NCBI GenBank assembly: GCA_951406725.2
Contig: OX597834.1
Span: 42,656,001-42,720,000, forward strand
Direction of reading: 5' to 3'
From: Octopus vulgaris
Lineage: Eukaryota
DNA length: 64,000 nucleotides
Part shown: positions 41,130 to 54,431 of the stretch, piece after piece
How positions within the stretch are numbered: the first letter of the stretch is position 1
Layout of the letters: every line of letters starts with the position of its first letter
Notes under the pieces: model-generated
The model's input: only the letters and a program-made list of their open reading frames with translations
What the model was told of the DNA's origin: nothing
Databases searched by the model: none
Program-made: the position numbers and the translations under genes

Positions 41130-41388
41130 ATTGTTCGGAGTGGGTGGTACGTGCTATACATGTGGACAGACCATCCCAGCCAATGAAATGGTGAGACGTG
41201 TACAAGGGAACGTTTACCACTTGAAATGCTTCACGTGCGTCACATGTCATAACCAACTGGTGACGGGGGATCGATTCAGCATCGTGAACGGTAACCTGGT
41301 GTGCGAACAGGACTATCCGAAAGTCTTAAAAGGACATGTACAGTTACCGAACAGGAACAATCATAAAGTTGGCTGGATACATTCTTAG
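41130..41388 (+). CDS. LMO4: LMO4-like second coding exon (LIM2)
   Basis: Strong acceptor ttttctttcttattgcag| ends at 41129. AG+A restores Arg, giving DYIR-LFGVGGTCYTCGQTIPANEMVRRVQGNVYHLKCFTCVTCHNQLVTGDRFSIVNGNLVCEQDYPK..., in phase with the previous exon. The stop is TAG 41386-41388 unless a weak donor at 41368 is used. Confidence 0.92.
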
Positions 41389-43386
41389 AATCACCTATCA
41401 CTTATTGATGATAATTCTAATTAATAATAATAATTATTATAATTATAATAATGGGGAGGGTTTCATTTATTACCACAAGGGTGACAGATTAGCGGACATG
41501 AGGATAATAATTATTATTATTCATAAAATTTATTAAAAAAAAAAAATTATAATGAAGAAAACACAAAACTAAGCAAAAACAATTCAGAAAAATATTACTA
41601 AATAACAAAAAAAAAAACTATTATTAATGCTGATGATTATGATTATCATTGTGATGATGTTGATTAAAAAATATGGAGGACAAATTGGCGATAATTCGTT
41701 GGAGCACAGTGCAAAAACACGTTGCATGAAGCCGTGTCTATCAGAGCAGCGCCCGTGTGTTTTGTGTGCGTGTATGTGTGTGTTTGTTTGTTTGTTTTAC
41801 TGTTGCTCATTAACGCATTGCCATCATTCGACGACTGAATGAAACGTAGCTTCATTCAAGAAAGAACACTAAGAAAAAAAAACAAAAGATCTTTAACCTA
41901 CAAAAAAAAAAAACACAAAGGCAAACGAAAATGAAGAAAAAAACAATTAAAAACTCAAGCCATGGACTTGATTAATAATAAACAGCGAAAAGGAAATCTA
42001 AAAGAAAGAAAGAAACAAGACAAAAACGAAAAATGCAACCTACCTACCTACATATATACATACGCGCATTTGTACACACACATAGAAACGATGCCATTTT
42101 TTTTTTTACGCATGCACTCGGAGAAATCAAAAATACAAACGCATCTCTACTCATACATTTGCAGTCATTTACATATTTGAAATTATATCTAAGCGAAGAA
42201 AAAGTGTAAAATAGAATCACGATAGAGAGCTGCATTTTGGAAGAGTCATACTGTTTATATACTTTACAACAAACATGTTGAAAGTGAGAATCTATTCAGT
42301 AGGTGAGTAGGTCTACAGAGAACGAATTCTCACCAGAATCTAGTGAAAAGATCATTGCTCATTCTGGTTAATGGTGCTGAATTAAGGGACTGAAGAAAAT
42401 ATTCAATTAATCCTTGTCCATCTTCATAGTTAAATCTAGTCAATGGAGCAATCTGTTAAGTTATAAGATACACAATAGATAAATAAACATTTGATTTAGA
42501 GCTGAGCAACGGACTGGATCAGCTTCTTAAGTTGTAGAATATTCGAGTGATCGTTGCTGATCCCCATTTAAATCAAGTGGCTGGATTAATTCTCTTAGCT
42601 ACAAAATATTCGACTGAATTTGAGTATATGACGTCTAGAGTTCAGTCGAATCAAGCCATCAAATGATTTCACTTAGTTACAGTGGAATACACGATGGTTC
42701 GATACTCTTTTAGTTAAAAAAGTGTTGAACTGAGCAGAGAAGATTCTTTAATATTTCAACGAATCAATTCATTTAAGTATTGAAACGAACTTATGGATAG
42801 GTGCCGCCCTCTGTAAGGAGAGGTAAAATCTCATTTGTCTTCTAGAAAATGCAACCAAAGCACCCCAAATTATATGCCACTATCTTAAAAAAAATCCCCC
42901 AAAGAATGTATTTTTATCCTACTACGAAATAGACTTTCATAAAAATAGACGAGATATCATAGCAGGAGAGCCTCTGAGCAGCTTCTGCTCAATCAGGGCT
43001 GAACTGAGGATAAACAATTAGAAAGTGTATATCTTGGTCTCGCAAATGAGTGACATTGGGAAAATCTCGCACCGTTTGATTGATACATCGAATTAGAAAT
43101 GTCAATTAATTGGGGGATATTGGAATTATGCTGTCAATCAGAAGTCTAGCGATCATTTTAGAGATAGGAAACACCGTTGCTGAAAATATATATGACCATC
43201 TCAATCCAGTTTCTCTCTCTCGCCCCCAACGTATTTATTTATATATGCAATATAAACTATAACTACAAAACCGTTAGTTAAAACGTTTTCACGTTTGCTC
43301 ACATTAAACGCAATTCAACGTTGTTTGGAATTTAGATATATACTCTTTTACTTGTTTCAGTCATAAATCTAACTGTACACACAATA

Positions 43387-43461
<75 letters not shown>

Positions 43462-44806
43462 AAGAAAATGCGTATTTATATATGAAAATCGGTAATATGT
43501 GTTTCTTAAATCGTGGACAATATGACCCCCAAAATGCTAAAAAAAATCTGCTTGATATCGCAAACAAAAATATTATTTAAATCAAATTCCTTGCCAAAAA
43601 CAAAGAATACTTGGAAACTCTTTCACACGAAACAATGATTCTTAGTAAAGGATTTTTGTTTGTTTTTTTTATCCTTGGGATTTTTCGTTTTTTTTTCTTT
43701 TCTGTATATATTTTCAAAATTAGATCCCAAATCTCAAACAGTTTGGAATTTCAACATACGACTAAAAACAAAAACAGATAAAAAAAAAAAAATCAACAAA
43801 GAATGAAATACAACAAAAACAAACAATTGTTCTTGGTAATATGTGGCTGTTAATAATGATATAATTATAAATACATTATAATTATTATTCATGCGTTTGT
43901 CTGAAAATTATTTATCTGTTGTTTCATTTAATGTTCATATTTTCTCGTTTACAAACATTTTTTTATTGTTTAATTCTCTTTAGTATTTCTGTTATTTCAT
44001 TAGGTTGGTTGGTTGTTTATTAGTTTCCTTCCATTTAAAACAAAGCCAAAACTAATACAACGTAAGTATGGATGATGATGATGATGATGATAATGAGGAC
44101 GCTACATAAATTATGTAAATGAAGGACGATAAACTGTAATGGAGGTCATGATGCTGTTGATCTCATTGTTGATGATTGTAAGGATGATAATGGAGATGAT
44201 GTTTGTGTTAGTGATTACGAACATCATTGTTATGATGCACAAAACGAAACCCGAGAGCTGGCAGAACCTTTAAGGACAAAAGAACCTTTAAGGACGCCGA
44301 AAAAAAAATGCCTAGCGGTATTTCAGCCGTCTTCATATTTCTGTGTTTAAAGACGGCTGAGGTCGAATTTGCCTTTTATCCTTTCGGGATTGAGAAAATA
44401 AATACCAGTTGAGCACTGGAGTCGATGTAATGGACTTTCCCCACTTCCCTCAAAACTGCTGTTACTGAGCCAAAATTTAAAACTACTACGACGGCCAAGA
44501 CGATTTTGAAGATGGGAGTGATAACAGTGCTAAGGGTTGACATGTATGATAATCTCTTATTATGTTTTTAGTTGAAGACATCTGACTGCATTTCTTTTTA
44601 AGCGAAGCAAAATTTCTTAGATTCTGTGTGATAATCCTGAGATTATTACGAGAGTCTGTTACCGAAGAAGATTGGAGGCGGGTTTGAACGGAGATTTATG
44701 TGCGACAGGTACAGGTTTTTAGGAGTCGACAAAGAAGCAGTTATGTTGTCGCATAAGGTGCTATATAAAGCTACCTCTCCCTTGGATTACACTTAGAACA
44801 AGTTCA

Positions 44807-44840
<34 letters not shown>

Positions 44841-46013
44841 AAGTTTGAAAACGCCACTATATAAGATAGATTTTGATTTTCATAGAGATTTTACATGTTT
44901 CGATTCTTCTTGAAAAAACGAACCTTATCAAAAATATTTTAAAAAGTTAAGTGTAATAAAAAAAAGTTCATAATTGTTTCTTACTAGTCTCAACAGAGTC
45001 CGCGTGGTGGTGTTTTGTGTGTGTGCGTGGGAGGAAACTATGGATTGGTCAAGACGATATTTCTAAACATTGAAGGTTGACATGGTGCTAAGTAATAGCG
45101 GAACGGAATTTATTGACAACTATGTAATTTCCATTTTATAATATACTTCCTTGCCGTATATATTTAAGATATATAAAGAGAGTATGTTATTTTGATGATG
45201 TCGAAGGTCAATATTAATCATATAACATTGGTGGAATTAATAGCAATTAGGAAGACCCTTATCGGAAGTTCCACATTTTGGATGTTCTTATTTTTATTTT
45301 AATGTATAAATTTACAGATCTTCATAGCATTGCGTTACACGTGTATTAAACGTTTCATTATATAGAGACTTATGCTGTCATATGTGTAGCAGCAAGGAAT
45401 TCTGTCTTTAATGCTGGGTTTAAGGCCTTCCTCTTAATATTTTCTACTCAGGTCAATTGAGGCATTGCTTTACGGTTTTTGAGATCACGTGGACTTAAAT
45501 ATCCTAGTTGAAAGCATCGTGCTACATTACGCCGAGACTTCGTGTCCTTAGCGAGACACGAACGAGACAACAAGCGATGTCACCTCCTTTCTTTGTACAT
45601 AAGGGTGAACCTAATGGGTCTTCCCCGCCCCAAATATTATGGAACTGTTTACGAGCATACATGTCTCAGGCAATTTAGCCAGTTCTCTCTTTTGAAAATA
45701 ATTCACAGGGAACCATACAGCCTCCATTTCCCGATAACGATTTCACTTAACATAGTTGCCAAAACTGGCGCCAAAACTTTATTGGATTGAACTAGAGAGA
45801 CTCGAGTGACCTTCGAAAAGGACAGAAAAGTTATCCTCCGCTTTATCAGTGCCTCTGTGATGGAGATAGGCTGTCGCCTGTTTTGTGAATAAAAATGCTG
45901 CCAAACTTATGTTTCTTTTTCAGCAGTGTTCCATATTTAAAGATTCATTTTATTCAAAAATACGTTAGCAAACGATTGCGTTTAGTTATTGTTCGCAATT
46001 TTCGTTTGGTAAA

Positions 46014-46070
<57 letters not shown>

Positions 46071-46484
46071 GGCTATATAATGTTGTTGTTACTGTTGTCC
46101 TCATTGAACGTCTTTATTGTAATACTATTTTTTTTTTGTTTTTATAGATATTGAAATGTCAATGTGCCTTTCATTTTCTGCCATTTATTTTTGTGTTCAT
46201 TAATATTTCTTTCACATTTTTGTTTGGCAATTGTTTCGCTTTGTTTAACACAATTTCTCTGGGGTGCAGATCATGAAAAAGAAGCCATTGTTGCTTTAGA
46301 GCTAGACGGTAAAATAACATGGAAATGTTTCTAAAAAAAGAATAAATAAATACACGACATTGGTATCTAACCTCAGCAGAGTGTTGACATTCCAAAATAT
46401 TCAATAATAATTCCCGCTTGAAATGAAAGGAAATACTATCCAAAAATGAAAATTAATTTCCTCAGTTAAACTTATAAAGCAATA

Positions 46485-46840
46485 ACTCCTTTCTATTACA
46501 GGAGCAAGGCCTGCAATTTTTGGGAAGGGGATAGTCGATTACATCGACCCCAGTACTCAATTGGTACTTAATTTATCGACCCCGAAGGGATGAAAGGAAA
46601 AATCGACCTCTGTGGAATTTGAACTCAGAATGTAACGGCAGACGAAATACCTATTTCTTTACTACCCACAAGAGGCTAAACACAGAGAGGACAAACAAGG
46701 ACAGACAAACGGATTACGTCCATTATATCGACCCCAGTGCGTAACTGGTACTTAATTTATCGACCCTGAAAGGATGAAAGGCAACGTCGACCTCGGTGGA
46801 ATTTGAACTCAGAACGTAACGGCAGACGAAATACCGCTAT
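46485..46840 (-). mobile_element. SINE-B with two body units
   Basis: Reverse complement; unit junction gacgaaatac|ctatttcttt. Confidence 0.85.
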
Positions 46841-47804
46841 ATCGAGTCTTGTCAGACTTCAGCTCCATTTCTAAACCCAAATAATAATAAATGAGTGGAA
46901 GTTAAACCGGCGAGTGTGTTAGATGCTAAGGCAGTATGATCCTCCGAAGGCACAACAAAATTTGTTTCAATACACGAATTCACATAAAGAATCATCTTGC
47001 AAACCAGATACAAAAACGAAGTAAAATCCACAGGAAAAACCAGCTAAAATGTTCAGAAACATTTTTATGAACATCTAGTTTCAAGCATGTGCTAATTGCT
47101 GTCATTATCGTTGTTGTCATTGCTATTAATGTCATCATTCAGTTTCTGTGTTCCAGTGTTTATAATTTCTATAGAATAATCATTGTTTCTTTACAGCTTT
47201 TTGCTTTTTTCATTTTCTATTTTAGTTTCTATTATGTTTCGTTAATTATCAGTTTTATGGGTTTTCCCAACTTCTTGTTTTTTGTTTTGTTTTAGACAGC
47301 TCGTTAGGTATAAGTCTACTACAATACACATATACATATATTTGAAAAGAAACATTCTCGTGTAAATTGGGGTAACGGACGAACGCCCCTCTCATTTGTA
47401 AATTAAGCGAGACTGAATATTTTCTACTAAATGCGACAGAATTCTTTTCTGAAATGACCGACCGTGAGCCAAACACATCTGCTTTCTTCAAAGTCGAATA
47501 ACAGTAATATGAAGCACAACAAGATCGATACTAATTCCTTTTATTGGCCACAAAGACACAAATCGTTGAGAAAGATAAGAGAATGTAAAATAAACAAGAA
47601 TGGGGTTGAATCCGAGTAAAATGTGTTTAGCATTGGCATATATATAACAATAACTATTCCAAAAGAAAAAAGTCTCTCAATGGCGAGGTAAACGTCTTGG
47701 AGTAATTAAAGCTGACTTCAAATCTAGGCCTCGATTTCTCTGCCTAATAAAAAGGTATTAAAGGCGTCCTTTCCCAATTTTCTTGTGTTCAAAAAGCATA
47801 CTTA

Positions 47805-48056
47805 AATTAAGTTAATTTTTTTGGCTCAAAAAGCAAAAAGCAAGGCCATGTAGGGGGACATGGAGTTATGTACAGGGTGGTGTTCATGAAAAGAGTTTAG
47901 GCCATTTCTGGTCAAGGGAGACTTTGGACCGAGCGGTCGTCGGCATCTTCACCATTTCGTCCGGCAGCTTATTCCACGGATCTGCAACCCGGACGAAGAA
48001 AGCCCCTCTCCTTCGATTGAGATGAAATCGTCGCAGATAGAAATTTTCGGAGTGAC
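47805..48056 (-). mobile_element. 5'-truncated CR1-type LINE (ORF2 C-terminus plus 3' UTR) with 32-bp TSD
   Basis: Minus strand encodes GHSENFYLRRFHLNRRRGAFFVRVADPWNKLPDEMVKMPTTARSKVSLDQKW, matching the CR1/L2-group 'RGH...FSxRV...WNxLP' terminus. It is flanked by the direct repeat cccaattttcttgtgtYcaaaaagcatactta at 47773-47804 and 48057-48088. Confidence 0.85.
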
Positions 48057-49318
48057 CCCAATTTTCTTGTGTCCAAAAAGCATACTTAGCTTAGATCTTT
48101 TCAGCATCACTGCATTTTCTACCCTCAGCTTCTTATTCAGGCGTTTTGTGAAGTTGATGAGACAATGTCTGTGCTCAAACCTTTCAAACATGTTCCCCAC
48201 ACGACTTCATTTGCTGTAGCCACCAGACAGAAGAAGACTAAGGAAGTTTCGTTAAAGAAACTGCAGATCGCTCTCTCTCTCTTTCTCTCTCTCTGTTATA
48301 TGGGCGAGGGTAGCTGTTCGACAAAAGGCTGCAATTCTCCAGAGAACGGATACTAAACGATAGGAAGTAGGACGATAACAACAGTGCAATGACTAAATGA
48401 CTTTTTAGACTCTTTGCTCTTTCGTTTCTCTCAAATTCAAAATTCCTTGCTACCAACGACAAAAGAATACCTATGATCTTTCTAATGAGCAGAAATGAAT
48501 CATTAAGCAGCTTATGTTCTGCGCATCTTCTTGGTTTCTCCTAAATTTAATTCCAACTTCTCACCCCGCCATGGTTATCTCCCTTACATTAGCTTCCGCC
48601 AGGGCTCCGCATGTATTATTTATTCACTAAGCTACAAACGCTAACTTCTAAATTTACAAGTTTAGGAATAAAGAAAAAGAGAGTGGTACGTCTCCATCAT
48701 TTGACGAAGAGGCTTCGCTTGTTCGAAGAAATAAACTATCTGCCCCAGAATAAATGTCTAGGTGGTTGAGGATTCCACTGACAAGTACTGTTAATTTAAT
48801 CCTGTAGCAGTATCAACAGGACACAATAGGGTCCAAGTCGCACCTTTCCAGAAAAGTATACAAGTATCCAATGTTCTTTAAACCCGAATCGAGTATAGAT
48901 CTCTATTACCACCTGAGTAAACAGAAATGAAGGTCTTGAAACATATTGAGAGCGATTTCAAAGAAATATTTGTGGTATACAGGATATAAATGATTTGGGA
49001 GCGAAGTCCTTTGAACCATTGTACCAGTATTTCGGTGTTACACGTAGGATTTGCAGTAAATCCAGAGTATAGCCATGATTTGGTGTTCAATAATCAAAAG
49101 ACATACTTGTCCAAACGGATAAAGCGATATAAATGAATTCTCAACGGCGAAAATTACTCTCTACATTTTGATAGATATTTGTATCTCTTCTTGTTAAACA
49201 TCACGCAACAACGAAGTCACAAAAATACAGAAAGTTCATTGACATTTTGTAATGGAATATGTTGGATGTGGGTTGAGACAATATAAACAATTCTAATAAT
49301 AAATGGAACACGAAGTAT

Positions 49319-49365
<47 letters not shown>

Positions 49366-49493
49366 ATATGAAGATAAATATAAATAAAGCATATCACGGC
49401 TCAGAACTTCATTGAAAGTAAGAAAAAACAAAACAAATAACTGTGCTATTTACAACCCACAATGCGTGTAATTTCTTTTTAATAAAACTAGTA

Positions 49494-50116
49494 AGGCGGC
49501 AAGCGGGTAGAGTCGTTGGCACACAGGATAAAATGCTTAGCGACATTTCGTAGGTGTTTAGCTTCTGTGTTCAAATTCCAGCGAGGTTGACTTTCTCTTT
49601 CATCCTTCCAGGGTCGATGAAATAAGTATCAGTCAAGCACTGAGGTTCGATGCAATCGCCTAGCTTTTTCCCTCAAAATTTCATGCCTTGCGTGTATAGT
49701 AGAAGGGAAATGATATAATCTTTTCTACTCTAGGTACAAGGCCTGAAATTTTGGGGCAGGGAGCCAGTCGATTAGATCGACCACAGTACGCAACTGGTAC
49801 TTAATTTATCGACCCCGAAAGGTGAAAGACAAAGTCGATCTCGGCGGAATTTGAACTCAGAACATAAAGACAGACGAAATACCTGTTTCTTTACTACCCA
49901 CAAGGGGCTAAACACAGAGGGGACAAACAAGCACAGACGAACGGATTAAGTCGATTATATCGACTCCAGTGCGTAACAGGTACTTAATTTATCGACCCCT
50001 AAATGATGAAAGGCAACGTCGACCTCTGCGGAATTTGAACTCAGAACGTAACGGCAGACGAAATACGGCTACGCATTTCGCCCGGCGTGCTAACGGTTCT
50101 GCCAGCTCACCGCCTT
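49494..50116. mobile_element. Tail-to-tail SINE-B pair (+ 49494-49715; - 49718-50116, two units)
   Basis: Head aaggcggcaagc on the + strand and head gccagctcaccgcctt on the - strand. Confidence 0.85.
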
Positions 50117-50189
50117 ATTTATCTTCAAGTATTGTTAAGAAAACAAAATTACCCTTATAAGAAAACATACTTATAACTATTAAGGATAA

Positions 50190-50519
50190 AGACTCCTTCA
50201 GTCATGAATGACGATGGGATTGCTCCTAGAAAGTTCCCCTCATAGTCATAAGTCCGGGCAAGCTTGTTTATAGAAAACCAGCAGTCGCCCATGCATACCA
50301 TACCCCCCTCTTCACGCCACCGATGGTATCCAAAGAAAAGACAAAGGCTGGTGCAACTTGGTACCTGTGGCGTCGCGACTGATTTTCATAGCTGAGTGAA
50401 CTGGAACCAAGTGAAATTAAATGTCTTGCTCAAGACAACAACGCACAGCCTGGTCTTGGAATCGATTTCAGTACATCATGATTGTGAGCCCGACGTTTTA
50501 ACCCCTGAGCCATGCGGCT
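50190..50519 (-). mobile_element. SINE-E (tRNA head, CORE domain, different tail, possibly RTE-derived); second copy at 15885-16170 (+)
   Basis: Shared tail gtatgcatgggcgactgctggt...aaacaa.cttgcc.ggact; CORE-like cttgagcaagRcaYtt. Confidence 0.75.
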
Positions 50520-51017
50520 TTACGTCCTAATAATACAACATAAGTTCATCAACTCATGCTAAGCACAATTCCCACACAGCAGTATGATACATCCCACACA
50601 ATTACCTCCCTTTGGATGGTAATTTTCACACGTCCAGCTTTGCGTTAGAGATGCAATTGCTACGTATCTCAATGGCTTTATGGATTGTTCGGGACAACGG
50701 TAGTCACTCTGACTATCCAAAACTAAGTGGTCTGTATTTTGTGGCGATATCTGAAATGTTGATTCTATAGGGTCTCACGACAACAGCGGAGATGCAAAAT
50801 AATTAATTCTCAGTCAGGTCCTTAGAATCAATCCACAACAAAATTATATCAAAAACAGGAATCTATTGGTAGACATTTTATCAGCACTAACATAAGATTC
50901 AAAACGAGCAACGAAATAACACATATCAGATAATGCAAATTACTTGTACTCAGGTACCGAATGAAACATCACACAACACGAAACCAATCACTCAACCTTA
51001 TAGCACAACGTTAGAGC

Positions 51018-51210
51018 ACAACGAAATGCCTGAATAAGAAGCCGAGGGTAGAAAATGCAGTGACGCCTTCTATTATGTTCAACGAATGACAAGGCAGGTG
51101 AAGCTGAAAAGATCTAAGCTATGTATCCTTTTTGGACACAAGAAAATTGGGAAAGGACGCTTTCAATACCTTTTTATTAGGCAGAGAAATCAGGGCCTAG
51201 ATTTGAAGTC
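51018..51210 (-). repeat. Inverted paralog of 47714-48150 lacking the CR1 insertion (empty site)
   Basis: gacttcaaatctaggcc...cccaattttcttgtgtccaaaaag...cttagatcttttcagc...cttcttattcaggc is present once, uninterrupted, on the minus strand. Confidence 0.85.
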
Positions 51211-52389
51211 ACAACTCATGTCTAATCGCCCGATTATATAGCACAACATACACAACTTGCCGTGTATTACTACAGTTATCATTAGTTCGTCTGTCGTTGG
51301 CAAAGATGACCAAGTCCATCACATAGAAGACGGGGTAGGGTGTGCGTGACTGTGGCCAATCAGCTCGGTAATTGCTCGGAAGGTTCTGCTGCAAGTTGGG
51401 CCCTTGTAGTCTCTCGAGACTGAAAGTAAGGAGTTGGCTCTGGAATTACGTAGTTCTCGTTTTCTTTATGCCCCTGCAATGTTGTTCCGCTCGTAAGAGG
51501 TGACGCCTCGGTTGATGAAGCTCGTCCTGTCTGCCGAGGTTTCACCTACCACGAACACAGCAGGATTGCACGGACACAAAGAAAAACTCAACATATTTAC
51601 AATCACAACCAAATACAATACTATGACAAGTCTCATTCTACATAACCACCTCCTGTTGCTCTAACACAGTCCAATATCCATATTCAGTCGCAAAACTATA
51701 ACACAATCAGTACCCAGTATAAATAATCCTTTCTATTATAGACACAAGGCCAGTAATTTTGGGGAGGGGTTAAGTCGATCGCATGCCCCCTCAACCAGTA
51801 CTCCACTGGTACTTAATTTATCGACTCAGAAAGGATGAAAGGCAAAGTCAACCTTGGCGGAATTTGAACTCAGAACGCAGAGACAGGCGAAATACAGCTT
51901 AGTATTTCGCCCAGCGTGCTAACGATTCTGCCAGCTCGCCGCCTTGTACCCAGTATAAATAATACCTTTCACACACAACACGACTTACAACCGAAACAAG
52001 ATTTTGTGCCATCGCTCGGCCTAATAAGAATGGCTGCTAAATCTCTCTCCTATCACATTAGTTTACCCTTGAAATGGAAGGACATGTCGAAAAGAAGACA
52101 TGCTCTATTCTGAAGAAAGAAAATGGTGGGGTGGCCAATGCACATCGTTCCGCCCAAATATTACCGAAATGAGTCAACAACAACATCGGAAACAAATAAC
52201 ACTCACTACAACGGGGACAGTAGCAATTCTCAACGGAAACTTTATACACCATCTTAAAAGACTACAGACAATGCGGCACACTCACGCGTGCTCCACTTAA
52301 GTGCACGAAGAGGTATTACAGATGCTATGATGCTAATGTTAAAAATACGTTTCAACAATAATCTCATACATAGACACAAAGTCTTATAT

Positions 52390-52774
52390 TTTTGTTTAGG
52401 AAATAATCGATTATATTGATCCCAGTCCTGGAGTGATTCTGTATTTATTGACTCTGGTAGCGTGGGAGGCAGAGTTGTCTTCAGCAGGATTTTGAAATCT
52501 GAATGTAAAAACTGGAACCAATACTGCAAAATATATTTATGTGATACAGCATTCTGCTCTTATAGGTTCTTATTCTGGAATAAGGACAGCAATTTTGAGG
52601 GGTGGGGAAGTTCATTACATCGACACTAGTACTCAACTAGGCGCAGGAGTGGCTGTGTGGTAAGTAGCTTGCTAACCAATCACATGGTTCCGGGTTCAGT
52701 CCCACTGCGTGGCATCTTCGGCAAGTGTCTTGTGAGTGGTTTTGGTAGACGGAAACTGAAAGAAGCCTGTCGTG

Positions 52775-52831
<57 letters not shown>

Positions 52832-53845
52832 TTGTCCCCCTAGCATTGCTTGACAACCGACGCTGGTGTGTTTACGTCCCCATCATTTAGCGGTTCGGCA
52901 AAAGAGACCGATAAAATAGGTACTGGGCTTACAAAGAATAAGTCCCGGGGTCGATTTACCCGACTAAAGGCGGTGCTCCAGCATGGCCGCAGTCAAATGA
53001 CTGAAACAAGTAAAAGAGTAAAGAGTAAAAGAGTAACTGGTACTTAGTTTATCAAAACCGAAAGAATGAAAGACAGAGTCGACCTCGGTGGAATTTGAAT
53101 TCTGAATGTATAGCAGGGTGAAACGTCGCTAAGCATTTTGCTCACCGTGTTAACAATTCTACCAGCTGCCCGCATAAATAATCTTCTGTTATAGACATAT
53201 GGCCTGAAAATTTGTTGGGGAAGATCTAGTCGATTGCATCAACCCCAGTGGTTGACGGGTACTTATTTTATCAACCCCGAAAGAATGAAAGGTGAAGTTG
53301 ACCTTGGCGGCATTTGAACCCAGAACGTAAAGACGCGCGAAATGCAGTTAAACATATTGTTTTCTGCTCTAAGAACAAGGCCCGATATTTTGGTGGAGAG
53401 GGCCAGTCGATTAGATCGACCCCAGTACGCAACTGGTACTTAATTTATCGACTGCGAAAGGATGAAAGGCAAAGTCAACCTCGGCGGAATTTGAACTCAA
53501 AATGTAAAGACAGACGAAATACCTATTTTTTTACTACCCACAAGGGGCTAAACACAGAGAGGACAAACAAGGACAGACAAACGGATTAAGTCGTTTATAT
53601 TGACCCCAGTGCGATGAAAGGCAAAGTCGACCTCAGCGGAATTTGAACTCAGAACGTAAGCACCTCGCCCGGCGTGCTAACGATTCTACAAGTTCGCCGC
53701 TTTAGAAATAACTATTCGTACTGGAAGCACATAGCCTGAAATTTGGGGAACGGATTCAGTCGGTTACATCGACCCAAGTGCGCAACTGGTACTTATTGAA
53801 TCGACTCGAAACGATGAAAGGCTATATCACCTCGGCGGAATAGAA
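52390..53845 (-). mobile_element. Cluster of at least five same-orientation SINE-B copies/units (with nested SINE-A)
   Basis: Repeated atcgacccc...gatgaaaggcaaagtcRacctcggcggaatttgaactc blocks. Confidence 0.8.
52639..53035 (+). mobile_element. SINE-A, near full length (tRNA head, CORE-like segment, internal (TA)n/(TG)n, tail (gtaaaaga)n), nested in a SINE-B
   Basis: A box TGGCTGTGTGG and B box GGTTCAGTCCC; inserted in SINE-B with a duplicated aact. Confidence 0.9.
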
Positions 53846-54365
53846 ATAATAATAATAATACTTTTGCAGTGGCGCAACGCTTAGTATTCAGTGACAGGGC
53901 AAAAGAATTCAATTTAATCAAACTTAATATTGTAATGATATTTATTTTGCGATATCGAAATGCTAAAAGGAAAAACAGAGAACGGAGAGATTACAACTTG
54001 CAATGCGAAGGAACGTAACGACAGACATATTAAATGTATTTGCATGCATCTGTGTGTGCGTGCGACTGTGTGTGTGCGTAGTGTGCGTGCATGTATATAT
54101 GTGTATGTATATGAATATATACATATATATATATACACACACACACATACGTATACGCATACATACACACATATATATACATACACGCATATACATACAT
54201 ATATAGATGTATATACACATACACACATACATACATATATACATATACATACATGTATATGAATCAATATGCAAAAGAAAAGCAATTACATTGTACATAC
54301 AGTAAGAGAAATACCAGAAGAGAAGAGGAACGTTAAAATATATATATATGTGTGTGTGTGTGTGT

Positions 54366-54431
<66 letters not shown>

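Noticed and set aside
47949-48200. 83-aa minus-strand ORF as a gene
   Set aside because: It spans the junction between host repeat and CR1 fragment; the real LINE peptide is in another frame.
50560-50900. Possible decayed RLE-type LINE fragments (also 38020-38220) and possible transposase debris at 18230-18530
   Set aside because: Only faint, frameshifted motif resemblance; cannot be supported without a translated search.
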